The position numbers and the translations under genes were made by a program. A stretch of 64,000 bases of DNA from Botryllus schlosseri (Eukaryota). The notes under the pieces are model-generated. The model did not search any database, was not told the origin of the DNA, and was given only the letters and a program-made list of their open reading frames with translations. Every line of letters begins with the position of its first letter. The first letter of the stretch is position 1. Positions 38,044 to 51,822 of this stretch are shown here, one piece after another. The DNA lies in NCBI GenBank assembly GCA_051294905.1, contig CM119378.1, positions 3,660,001-3,724,000 on the forward strand, written 5' to 3'.

Positions 38044-38240
38044 TGGTCATTCACACCAGGCCAATATTCTTTATTTTTATTCCGTATCTGCCGCCTTATT
38101 GTAGAAAGAGCTCTAGGCTTTCTGTAAGACACCACGTATGCTGATCTCGTGGCGAGGACCTCGGACCTCGGCCGGACTCGAACCCGCAAACCACTGGTGT
38201 TGCAGCCGTGGATCACACCACTGTATGTGCTATATCTCGC
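38044..38240 (-). mobile_element. tRNA-derived SINE, family 1
   Basis: B box GGTTCGAGTCC on minus strand; body shared with other copies. Confidence 0.75.
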
Positions 38241-38512
38241 CTCAACATCATGTGTTGTCATTCACTTTATTAGGCAAACCTCAACGGGCCTGCAATCATC
38301 ATAATACATTATGTTTGAAAAAATAGAGCTGAATGCGTGCGTCGTTACACATTCTCAATTTCACAACTTCGGTAAAGAGATTACGGGGTGAATGGCAACG
38401 AACTGCTACTTCACAGCCTTTTTCACTTCGCGACGAGGCATTTTTTCGCAATTCACATGTATATTAGCGTTGGCAGTTGCAGGCTTCGCACAGACCAAAC
38501 GGACCAAGCGCA

Positions 38513-38634
38513 ATGCAAGCTCAAGCGATTGTACTCACTGCTGTTGTTCTCTGTTGCTTCCGCGTCACATATGGCGGCTCGTTCGTGCCTGATGCTAACC
38601 AGGAGATGGACGTGGCAAATGGATTTCTCAATGG
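38513..38634 (+). CDS. TGF-beta ligand exon 1 (signal peptide)
   Basis: [40 protein letters not shown], donor GTATGA, phase 2. Confidence 0.75.
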
Positions 38635-41600
38635 GTATGATCATTGAAATTTCTTCCTTCTCTGTTGGCATTGAAACAGTAAATATTTGCATTCTGTTGG
38701 TATTGATGCATATGAATGCCATACATACATATTATTATTATTAATATTATGTCGGCGAGTGTATACTGTTTAGTATACGGGATGCATCGTCATACTTAAA
38801 ACGACCGCCTAATCAATGTCTTACCAGTACCGAGTAGGGTTGCATTTAAAACAAACGGCGTTTTAAAACACTTTGCTTAAAGCATGTTTTATACAGTATT
38901 TTACCAAATGCCTTTTTTTAAACAATTTTTTTTTCAAACGTTGTCTAATTATGCCATATTTCTGTAATTACTTCCGAAAAACTTGTAGTATAAGCCTACG
39001 CACGATTTGCACCCGATAAAGTCGAGGTTTACGATGTAGCGTGGCTGGAACCCTCGAAATCGTCATTATATCATTGGCACGGAAATGGTGTTCTGATGAT
39101 GAAGACTGCCGACCGCAAAATTGCTGCATTATGATGTAGTCCTGGTGAAAGATAATTTTGGTATATGTATCGGACTGCTCGGGTGCCGTTTTCATCGAAG
39201 GAGCCAGATTTACCTTATATTTCACTGGTTAATGGCAATAAATTGTGACATTACAATGGCTTAAAATATGTATCAGACAAGCGCCATGTTACGTGTTTGT
39301 TTCAAATTGATTTTCGTTTTAAATGCAATCCTAGTACTGAGACAGAATTCAATCATAATAAGAGCGACTTCGACCCTCTGCATTATGCGGTGAAGCATAC
39401 AATCCCGAATGAACATCCCAGCAATTCATTCGAATGGCGTTAGCGATGCCAACTGAATTTCAAATGCTCTATATTACCTTGTGTGTATTTTCGGCCAATT
39501 ATATCAACTGTACTAAATACAAATAAGAAAAGCGGGATCGGTGAAAATGATAAAAATTTCCGGTGCGAATCCTCAAATAAACTCCATAGGCTGAAACGTT
39601 TATTCGAATTTTTCGAGCCATAACTGGAGGAAAGAGTGCTGTAAGAAATATTATGCGATTTAACCAAAAAGCAATACCGTTTTTGTGAAAAATCTACGAT
39701 TAGCCAACCATCACTACGGCTCGAAGACCCAAAACAACATTAGTACTTCATAAAGTAGCACCAAATCGGAGCCTCAAACATTGAGTACTAGTCAACTGCC
39801 GACGCGACTTGTGCGAGCGCGTAGCAGTGATGCCGATACAGAATAATAACTTACAACTAACGCTGAGGTCACTACATAAGTTGCATCGGCATTCCATTTA
39901 GCCATCCTATAAATACACGAAAATATCTCATTAGCTTTGGCGATGGCCCGCCCGTACATAGCCATAGCCAATGAATATCACCGATGCGTTCAATTTACTC
40001 TTTACAGGTTGTCAGAGAAGGAGGTTTATGAACCAGGGCGAAGACGCTATCGGCGTATGTAGTTTTTATTTATTCCACATAACCGTGTTTTCTACTGCAA
40101 TTCTAGGGGCACATACGTACAGTTTTGTATTTGAGCGGTAATGGGAAAAGGCATAAGTAAAATTCTTAAATTTCTAAGCCCCATTTATACAGTCCTTGGA
40201 TAAAATTACACGCAATGGATTTTTACATATACCTATAATAGATGGCCTGCATGCTGGCAGTAGATGTAGCATCAGATCATGCCATGTGTTCATTATAAGA
40301 GCGACGGAGTGGAAGGTATGGACACAGGCTCTCAGAACTATAGTGGCATTACTCAGTGATGTTTGAAGATTCTCTTCTGAGATCTTGGAATCTATTGCCG
40401 GATAGATTATGGAACCATCAAATCCCTGTGTGTCATCAATTTACTCTCCGTGTAGATCATTGTAAAGACGTGAATGACAAACAACTTGAAGGTAAAGCAT
40501 GTATAGCCTACTCCTGGTGCTAGAGTCTATAATTATTACTTGACAATTTATACTACGTTTCCTATTCGTGACAAAATCATTGGATGCCTCGTCGTAGTCA
40601 TATTTCAAACGTGCAATTTCGTAATGTACAAAAGATCTCGTTTGTTTTGAGATAATCTGTTGGCGGTATATATACACTTACAGTCTGAGTCGATAGCGCA
40701 TGCGGTGATCTGGAAATAATATCTTGCCGATAATCCTCCTTCTTCCGAAAAATTTCATAAAATACAAGGCGCGATGACATGCAATTCCAAGAATTTTGCG
40801 CAATTATCCTGGGATATAAGTCGTCACTGCAATATATGTCATGTTTGTGACATGAATGTTTCAGCTCTAAATGAACTATATACTAACAAGCACATATTCT
40901 TTGTGGAGTGGCATAATACTCGGTGATGTGCACGCTCCCAATTGTTCCCATGCAGTCGTCGAGCATGTCCGCATTCAAGGCGAAATATGCGCAATTTCTT
41001 CTAAATGAATACTATTTGTCAGCCTTCAAGATTATCGCACCACGTCCAAACATATCGATCGCGCCTTCCACCACATGCCACCTCATTTTGTCGCTTGACT
41101 TTTATATTCTCTACATTACTTTTCATTCAGTGTGCATGCCTCTTTTCTACATCGCCTAGGCCCAGGTGTCGTCTGATTTCAAAGACTATACTCAAAGTCG
41201 CTCCGACACCTTCCTATCTTTTCATTGTATCGCAGTTTATTGTGTTTTGAAATGATGAAAATATAATGAACTAACATTGATACTTGAACATAATATCACA
41301 GTTAAAGGGTGTTTAACTTTGTTTGTGACATGAAATGGACTACTTCTATATAATTCACAACAGAATCAATTAAAATTCAATCTGGCTTGAGTATCACGAG
41401 TATGAGATCAACAACACCCTAACTCTTACCACATAGCCTATTATATACCTGGGTAGGAATATATACTTTCACTAATTTCTTTTGTTTCAACACTAGGAAG
41501 TGTAACTTCGGGAGAATTTGAAGCGTCCAAGGATTATATGACAGGTGAGTTATTTAATATATGAAGCATGCCGATTCGTTTATTTGCACATATATCTCTA

Positions 41601-44600
41601 AATTTGCGTATCGTAGCATCCCTGCTGCTCAATGAGATATCAAATATACTTTAGGTCAGTAGTTCTTAACCGCCGGTCCGTGGCATGTTTGTCGCCGGTC
41701 CGCTAAATACATTGTAACTTCACATCTCGATTGAAAATGCAAGAAGTTGAACGCTTGCCTATTATTTAGAGAAATGGAAGGGCAATTTTTTAATTGATTT
41801 AGCAATTTGGAATACGGAGTAGGTGGTGTTGTAATGGTATTCATGGTGTGCTTAGGACTAGGCATACGTCACACGGCTGCAAGTATTCCATATAGAACTG
41901 TTATACAGTATCATACAATTCGTTTAAGATCAGTGAAAGCTGAGAAGACTTTCTAACTAATATCCAGGTACTTTCGACAGAACAATTAGCGACATTCGGC
42001 AGTGAAATGAGATGCTATCAAAGAGCCAAGTCGCATTTCCTTCTAAAGAAGCATAGGCCTAAGATTCAAAATCAAGTTGGTGGTTTTAAAAAAACTAAGC
42101 CTTGCAGAAACGTCAATATAGGATCATATATAACAAGTCCAATGTCAAAAAGGTAGCATTTAATGTAGTAGTATGGGTTATTTTTTTTGAAGATTAACCG
42201 GTCCGTCAAATTTGTTTTGAAATTCTGCTGGTCCGGCAGCTGAAAAAGGTTGGGAACCACTGTTTTGATGATTGATTGATTAATTCGTGGGCAGCGTATT
42301 GTGATCGAGGGCGAGATATCTTGTCTCCTTTGGTCTTCCGACCATAAAATTATTCGATTCACTCGAAATCCCTTGCGTGGTAGCTGCTTTGGAAGGCATT
42401 GCAGAGTCTTGTTACCTGTAAATGAAGGACTTGGACTACCAAATTGACGCGTTGCTACACGTAGGCCTACTTGCTTCACACACTGGTCTTGTTGCAGCAC
42501 TGGTGGATTTCGGAAACTTCGATAGAGAAAACGAAGACCGGAAAGCCGTTCTCTGCGTCGCGGATCATTTCGGAAAATGTTCGGTCCGTTTTCCGAAAAT
42601 TTCAAAGGCGTGGCATGGATTCTTGCAGGAGAGAAAGGGCGCCTCTGTAGCGGCCTCGTCGGTTGCGGAACGCGAAAATACCTTTCTGTTTGGGCAATAT
42701 GACATGACGTAAGTTACAGCGATATATCATTAGTTTACTCTGCAATGTGTTTACTATATGTAGTAGACCAGGTCTACTCAACTGGCAGTGTTCAATCCGG
42801 ACCTTATCAGTCTCCGTATTTATATAGTTTTTTTGACAAAACCAAATCCAAATTAGCAGCGTAAATCCTTACTGTATGTTTGCGTCTACTTACACCTGCT
42901 AGTCAACATTATCAAACATGAACTTTATAAAGAAAAGATATCGCATCTGCGTGACGAGTGAAAACACTCACCGCTAAATTTGACTCGCTCTCACCACTTT
43001 CTTACCAAGATTTATAGAATTAGCTAGAAATAGAAATAAAAACACTAATTCTCTCAGTAACCGTGACTAACGGAACAATAAATACATTGGTCCTACTGCG
43101 TTTGCTAATATCGCTTTACCAGATTTTGTGTATAGTTTTACCGTATTATATTCGCGTGACTGTAAATCATTTCATGGCAGTTATGACCGATCAAGGCAAA
43201 TTTTAAACCTTTGTAACTGCGCTTTTGCCAAAAATAGCCGAGTAGCCCAGTTGTAGTGTGTATAGCAGACCTGGGCAAAGTGCTGCCCGCGGGCCAAATG
43301 CGGCCCGCGGAGCTATTCCGAGTGGCCCGCGTGCCCGTTCCTTGAAATTCAAAATATGAAACCTACTTTTGAATACTGCTGCGTGGAATAAAACCATAGG
43401 CTGTATACACTGAACCGGAACGGAAATTGGTTTACTTTGAAGCCTGTTCAAGTGTTCAATGTTCATTAATATGTCGCAATTACACAGCCTCCGTCCCTCG
43501 CTGCATAATCCAGATTCAAAATAAAGGCAATGTAGCAAAGTCGCCATTGTCAGATTACGAATTACACGGCCTGTTCTTCAAATTGTTTCGTGATAGGCCA
43601 CGTTTCCAAATACCTATTTCCCAAAACAAATCCATCCATACTAGTTTTTAATTTGAGATATCATCACCCATAAAGGATGAACGGGCATGTCAAAAAGGAA
43701 GCCGAAAGCTAAAATTCAAAGACGGCAGGAGCACTAAATAGGGCCGTAACTGCCGCACCGCAAACTCCACAATCGGGGGTCCTAGCTCGAAGGGGCACCA
43801 ACAAATTATTTCGTAAATTAACATAAATTAAAGAGTCTTTTTCATATATTTACAAACTTTATTCCAATTTTCTTCGCGCTTCGCGCGATTTATCGTGGCT
43901 AGTTTTCTTTATATTGATATGGGTACCCCTCTCCCCGATAAAACGCCTAGTTTATAGAGATCAGTATTTCGGCGTCGGCCGTTACGGCGTCACGGCACAT
44001 CAAGACGTTAACAATGACGTTTCGGCTAACATGCGACTGAGCGAAGTGTGTTGCCAAAAAGCTCGGCGGCGAGGAAGCCTTGACTAAAAGTACCGCCTCA
44101 TCTTTGCCGGAATCGATATATATGTATATGCAGAGCCGTAACAGCACTTCGTCAGCCCCCCCCCGAAACGTTGCTCATGGCCCCCCATGGGGTGATAAAC
44201 CGATCTTCTGGAGGGGCTTGGCCCCCCAGGCTAGACGCTGTTTAACGCTATTTATAATCTACATCAGCTGTCCGTTTTATTCAGCTGTTGTCGCCTAATC
44301 GTGCAAAAAAATTCTCTAATTCATGATTGAACCGATCATTATAATCGGGTATTGCATATATATTGATATCAATTTTTATCCTCTCTCTGCTCACGTAATC
44401 AGATTTACCGGTTGAGCCGAGTAAGGTGTGTTTGAAAAGGTAGGACCACTCAATAATAATTAACATCTTCGGAAGCGCGAAAATTTTCGATAATTCAATA
44501 TAAAATAGTTCAATAAGATCGGGAATTGTATATATATATTGCTATCAATTTATTGTCCTCCCTGCTCACGTAATCAGATTTACCGGTAGAGCTGAGTGAG

Positions 44601-47600
44601 GTGTCTTGGAATCTGTAGGGACCGAAAATAATAATTATAAACATCTTCGGACGGGCGGAACCGTTGGTATGACTTCGTTACATGATGTTATTTCGTGACC
44701 TCCTGTCCTATACCTCTATGTATTTTGTATACGTAATGAAATTTTGGGCCAAGGTTTTCGCGCTGCCGATCGTTCTGGCACACTTCTTGGAGTCGCATGT
44801 TACATGGCCTAAAACTTTATATGTCTTCCTGCGTCGTGGCGCGGTAATGGCCAACGCCGATATGCCCACTTCTATAAATCTTGCGTATTTTATCTTGGTG
44901 GAAGAATACCTAATAATTAAGGAATTTGAAAACTTGAAATTTTTGAAAAAGTTGCATTAATTTTCAAAAATACTCTATAATTTATGCTAATTTACTGAAC
45001 AATTTTGGGCCCCCTTCGAGCTCGTCCCCCCGCAATTGGGGGGTTTGGGGTGCGGCAGTTACGGTCCTGTATAAATGAAGATTTCACCAAGCCGAAACTG
45101 GTCGGAAGGCACCGATCTAGACAATAAGCTTTGTAGTATCCCAAATACCTTTTAATGTCTTAACATTGTTTCGAATTATGGCGGAAAATAAATAGATTAT
45201 TGGTTTTTGTTAATTAACTGTCATGTTCTCATTATCTAATACCAGCGCATCCACTGAGCGGCATTTATTAGCAATGTAATTCACTGCTTTCAATTTAGAA
45301 TTTAATAGGCTACGCTGGAGAATATAGCTAAACATTTTGACTCGGCCCGCCAACATATTTTCTGTTGCTCATTTGGCCCGCAGAGAAAAATAATTGCCCA
45401 CCCCTGGTGTAGTGTATACTGTATTGTATACTATGTAGCAGACCACATTATTGGATCTGCTATCGTATGTTAATATACTACACTGCACACTGTATGGTTT
45501 ATCCAGATATAGGGCGAGTCAAGTACGGGCAGTCGATGTCATAATCTCACCGCGTGCCAACGTGAGCGGCGTGGTATACGGCAGATATCGTTTTACATTA
45601 TCGGACATGGGAGGCGTTACCGTTTACAACGACGAACAGGTGAAATATAGCCTGGACGTTCTGAGTCATTATCAGCCGTGGAATTGCGTGTTGTTGATAC
45701 GCAATCCATGACAGGTAACTCTGCATCAAGGAGTTCCACGGTCCTGGATGTGTTTTGGAAACCACGAAATCTTAAATAACATAACTCTGTGAAAGGCATA
45801 TTCCCGCGTACAGCACACGCACCTGCATACGACCGATAACGTAATCTAGATAATGTTTTCCCAGGATATCAGTACTCCCATACGGACGATTCTGCAGACA
45901 CACCCCTGACCTGAATTTGCGTCAAGGTTATTCGCGGTCTCCATTTTATAATTGTAACACTGTCGGCATTTTTGGCTTGATAACTTCACGAAAATTTCTA
46001 CTTGACGACCTTTAAGACTTAAAATGTTGATACCTTGACAAGTCATACAGCATTTGCCGTAACAGATTGCGGCTTATGTTCTCAAATTTGTTGTAGGAGT
46101 TTTAACACATAGGTCGCCAGTGTCGCCACTTTATCATTGTAAACGGTGTCTTAAAATGCCAAGAAGTGGGCTGCGCTACAAGTCGGCAGATATGGAATCA
46201 TAATAGAGAATATCGGCCTTGCATAAATGACTATTATAGTCGAAAAATATCACGGATATCACAAACAAACAGAATAACGCATATGCATGTACCAGACTTG
46301 CCACTCCATTCCACCACTCCATTCCATTCAATTTCTGTACAGTGAGCATAGCAAACAACGGCAGTCAGTGCAACTGACTACAGGCTAAGACACGCACAGC
46401 ATTGTATTGTGCGATTTGACTTGAATTAAGTTGATATGTTTAATGTTTACAGGCTTCTTGTGGCGCTGACGAGAACGGGTATTTCGTCGTCGGACTGAAT
46501 AATGATGGGTTGAACGGGGTCAGAAGGTGGATGACTGCAGGCAACGAAGACTTCGACCTTACGTTGAGCACGGATACGATGAGTCAAATTTCGCAAGGTA
46601 ATAACCACTTTTTTAAAAAAAATCCCGGGACTCGAGAAATTAGTTTCAGGTACAATATGTATATTGCTAGTGTGTCCTGTCAATCAAAGTTTGTTTGTTT
46701 ATTCGATAAGATCCATTACGCGGGATTTTAATTTCAAATTTATATCGGATTTCCGATTCTTTGTTTATATGAGCCACAGCATTAGTACTGATCTTGCTCA
46801 CGGGTTGTGATATTACCTCGTGAGGAATGACATCAGTCTTGGAGATTATAAGGATTGACGAATGAAAAATGAACCATTTAAGGAAATATTACATTTGATT
46901 AAATTCACAGTGGAATCAAGTAATTAAGCGTCGAAATATTAATTCATTAACCACTTGCACTTGATCACGATCCAGGGAATAAACTATAAGTTGTGATATC
47001 GTACTGGAATGACTTTGTACAGCTCGGTATACTTTAATTTCATGAGATTGGTTCGATCAACAACTTTATCTTTATAAAGCATTCCGAACATATTTAATAA
47101 TCCTAATATTCTATGTATAGGCTATGACCACGAGCCATACACATGGAACCGCACCGGTACATATTTCCGTGATCTCATCCTGCGGCGTAGACTCGGGTTC
47201 CTCAACAAACTTTGCAAGATGTCGCAGCCTTCTGCTTCCTCTTTGTCTTTTATTTAGCGCTATACCCACACGACAGACCACGACATGACACTTACAGACC
47301 AGATATATTTAAATGCTCTGCATTTGCGGCGAGGTTTGCGAACAGGAACTCAGATTAACCCGAACAGGGACCAATATATGTTCTACTACAGCGGGTCTCA
47401 AACATTTTAACCTCTCGGCCCCGCGAGCAAGACTAGCTCGAAATGAATGAATTTTGTATTCCGTAGCTGGCGTGGATTGTTCTTGAGAAGCTAACACCCC
47501 CCAAGGCCACGTTGGCTTTCGCCAATCAGGTTATCATGTGGGCCACGAGTGAAATGCGAAATAAAAAGTATATTACAATACGCAGGGAATTGTATGTTCT

Positions 47601-50600
47601 TGTAACATTCCGATGTTCCTGCTGGGATGTATTCGTCATAACTAGTTACTGATGATTTCTTTTTCAGATATCCGAGGCAACGACTATTCCGAAAGCAATC
47701 TTGATATCAGGCCGAAAATAGAAGCTATCGTTTTGCATTTGGAAAAGAAGGAAAGTCGGTTTTCCAAAACTCTCATCCCAGACCTGATCACACGTACGTG
47801 TTCGACTACATTATATTGAATGGGCACTGTGCTTTATACATATGTTGTGGTTTCAAATTATAGCTTGAATTGTGAAAAAAAAATTGCAGCAGCCATTTTT
47901 CACGAAAAGTCGCCGTATTCGAACTGCAGCTAAAATATTGTATCGAGAGATGCTATTGCAATTCCTCAATCTCCGTGGTATCGAGGTCACGTATCATCGC
48001 TTCTTAGCGCTTTGCGAGACTTCCAGCGCGTATTTCTTCACTGTTTCAGTCACACAGGGTACAAAATTCATATTCTTCAAAAAATCCGCATAGAGTTTAG
48101 AAGCGATCGCGCGCGAAAGCGACACCACAGTGATTGATGAAGTGCAATAGCGCCACATCGTATTCAGAAGGCAGTTCCCCTTTAACGCTTTTCTCATTCG
48201 TAGATTACTTATTTTTGAAATTATAGTTCGAGGTATGCCGGTTCTGACTGTAATGCTGAAGACTTAGGAATATCTTTTTCCTCGTTGCCGGTGGAGATCC
48301 TACTAAATCAGTGGTTTTCAAACTCTTCAAAAAAATCACGAAACGGTCCGTTATCAGTTTTTTAAATGAATAGCGGTCTCTTACAAAACTAACAGAAAAC
48401 AGCAGGTTCAATTTTATAGCCTCAACGTGACAGATGTACATCGGATATTTGCGACCAGCTTGATTATGTTTGGTTGCGTTTTTGGCAACGCAACCGTAAT
48501 ATCGTGAGATAAATTTTGATATTGCAAGAATCCACAATTCCGGAAAATTCTGGATCGTATGAATTTCTGGAAGGTGCCTCGCGGTCATCAAAAACTTTCT
48601 GGCGGACTCCAGTTTGAGAACCACTGTTCTAGATTGAAAATTCAATGAGCCCGTATTATAAAGTGATTATGCTCGACCCAATGTACCGTATTGGTTTTTA
48701 GATGGAAGTTTTGGTAAAAAATACTATCATCTGTGGATTAGAATTAGATGGATGACATTTAGGCAGGGATATGTGAAACTTCGGATGGTTTTGGTGTATC
48801 ATATAAAGTTTGACGAACCCTTCCATACCGTTAGAACCAGTACTGTAGGTTATTTCTCTTAATAACAATGCTAATCTTGGATGCACACATACTGTACTAT
48901 AACATTAAATATTACATTACTATTAATAACTTAACTATTACATTCATAATAATGAACATTATTATAAATGTTTAAGTCAGAAAAAGATTATTCATGGAAA
49001 TGTCTGAGTTATATTAGAGAATGTAAACGGTCTGATTAAGCGCCCCGGGCAAGCTACCCACAAAATACTGACATGCGAGTAGCAAGTTTACCACCAAAGG
49101 AATAATGATACGATTGTTGCATATGTCTAACTTTTTCTGATGTGTATGTGGTGGATTTGACGATCGTGATCGTGATGCTGCAGCGTGTGAATGATGCCTG
49201 GAAGTTCGTGCGGTTTTGAGGGCGAGCTGATCCAAATCATTAAATCACCGTGATTATTACCGCGTTCTGTTGTCGTGCACGCGATACCACCATATATATC
49301 ATTTGAGGTTTGCAGAAAAAACGCAATGTATGTATCCATAAAATAAGCTTTAGCTTGCCAAACATCTCATCGGAAATCGAGACTTACGCGGTTGAAACAA
49401 CAAGCTCCTGTTTCGAAATGGTTTCCAAAGCTTAACTTTGTTCCTATTTTTCAACCTGCACCAACAGATAGACGCAAAAGACGATCTTTCCGGCCGCAAG
49501 CAACTGATTGTGGAAGGAAGCGTTACATCGTGAGCTTCAGACATAACAGGGTGAGGACTTAGATCGAATCTGGATTCTATGCACGATAAGGGATGTTACT
49601 TGTACATGCAGTCAGGAACGAACTACTTCTACTTTTTATCAGTACTCAAATTTTGCCTCCTTGCACTATTTACTCGAGTCGTGTGTTCTTAGGATACTTT
49701 CACTACTATACTGGAACACTTTTCAGGCAAAACTACTTCCATATTAGACTTTGAATTGTGAAAAGTATGAAGTAGTTTTGTTATGAGCCGACGTCGTTTT
49801 AGTGCGTGATATTGTCATAAGAACCACGACAATTGGTCCGTGTGTTACTTCAAGTGAATATATTTTGAAAGATTGTGCATTAGTTATTTTGTATGAAGAT
49901 ACTTCTTGCAATTTAGAAATTATCCGCATCGCATTAACATCCAAAAGTGCGCGGTTCCTCTGTCATTTCTACTTTTCGAAAGTATGTACGTACGTACACG
50001 TACAGTAGGGCTGTTCAAAAATAACTTTTTTCCGGATTCCAGCCATTCACTGATTAAATTGTCAGGTTACTCTAAAAAACGCTGCACACCAAATTTGGTT
50101 CGATTCTAACAAGTATAGGACTCCGCAGATCCAATTAAAATTTTTAATTTACTATGGAAAATTGAAAAAAAAATTCCAAATTTTTCTGCCAACCCCATGA
50201 AATTGTTGAGCTGTCTTCAAAGACGTTGCAAAACCAATTTGAGTCAATTCCGACCAGTAGAAGCGGAGTTACGTGAGTTTTTCGATGATAATCCTCGGAT
50301 TATCCTTGATCGATGGATAATCCGCGATTTATCAACGAAAAACTCACATAACTCCGCTTCTACTGGTCGGAATTGACTCAAATTTGTTTTGCAACGTCTT
50401 TGAAGACAGCTCAACAATTTCATGGGGTTGGCAGAAAAATTTGGAAATTTTTTTTTTTAATTTTCAATAATAAATTAAAAAATTTAATTGGATCTGCGGA
50501 GGCCTTTACTGGTTGGAATCGAGTGAAATTTGGTGAGCAAGGTTTTCTACTGCAACCTGACGATTTAAGAGGTAAACGGCTTGAATCGAAAAAAAAAGTT

Positions 50601-51780
50601 ATTTTTGAACAGCCCTAGCGTACCGTCGTACGCCTCATCTTCTCTAATTCCATTTCTAGTAGTTTTGACATTTCTGTATTACTACTTCTACTCGTAATTG
50701 AGTAGAAACTTGCAGCTTTAATTCTGCTTCTGCTTTGAGTAGAAACGCTTATTACTTTGACTGTCCTTGGTTATTCGATGGTATACTGTATTTAAGAATG
50801 TGGTAACACCGGACAGAGCAGACATTGGAATATGCCATGGAAGCTGTGATAGTGCAAGATGGCCTGATGCAGCGGTCGCCCTGAACGCAACTGGACATGC
50901 CATGAAAATGCTATGGGTAGGTTATATTCACAATGTGCATGTTGCACGTCGTGTCCCAATAATAAAGGGACATTCTAATTGATGATAATGATCAAAGCCA
51001 CCGTATTTACCGAGATTTTCATTCCGTTGCTAATCAGTTTTTCTTTTTGTTCCCTGCCGACTTCTCATTGCAGTCCCGACCTAAAAAGTGGTCTGGGAGT
51101 GGGACATATCTATGTACACTAGGGCTGTTCAAAAATAACTTTTTTTCCTGAATCTTGCTGGTTACTTGATTAAATCGTTAGGCTGCCTTAAAAAACGACG
51201 CATACCAAATTTGAATTCATTCCGACAAATATTCGCGGGTTACGTAGAGTTTGAAAATTTTGGATTTGCCCAAAAACGCAAAAAAAAATTTTTTTCAAAT
51301 TTTTCTGCCAACCCCATGAAATTGTTGGGCTGTCTTCAAAAACTATGCAAAACAAATTTGACTCAATTCCAAGCCGTAGAAGCGGAGTTATTTCAGTTTT
51401 TATTCGATAATTCTGGGATTATCCTTGATTGGTGGATAATCCCAGAATTATCACCGAAAAACTGGAATAACTCCGCTTCTACGGCTTGGAATTGAGTCAA
51501 ATTTGTTTTGCATAGTTTTTGAAGACAGCCCAACAATTTCATGGGGTTGGCAAAAAAATTTGAGAAATTTTTTTTTTGCGTTTATGGGCAAATCCAAAAT
51601 TTTCAAACTCTACGTAAACCGCGAATATTTGTCGGAATGAATTCAAATTTGGTGTGCGTCGTTTTTTAAGGCAAGCTAACGATTTAATCAAGTAACCAGC
51701 AAGATCCAGGAAAAAAAGTTATTTTTGAACAGCCCTAATGTACACACACACACACACATACATACACATACACATACACG

Positions 51781-51822
<42 letters not shown>

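Noticed and set aside
40540..40800. Possible hAT C-terminal remnant (also 47880-48300, 59500-59720)
   Set aside because: Motif similarity too weak to list as a feature without a search
42072..42605. 177-aa minus-strand ORF
   Set aside because: Antisense to TGF-beta exon 4 and runs into a MITE; no recognisable domain
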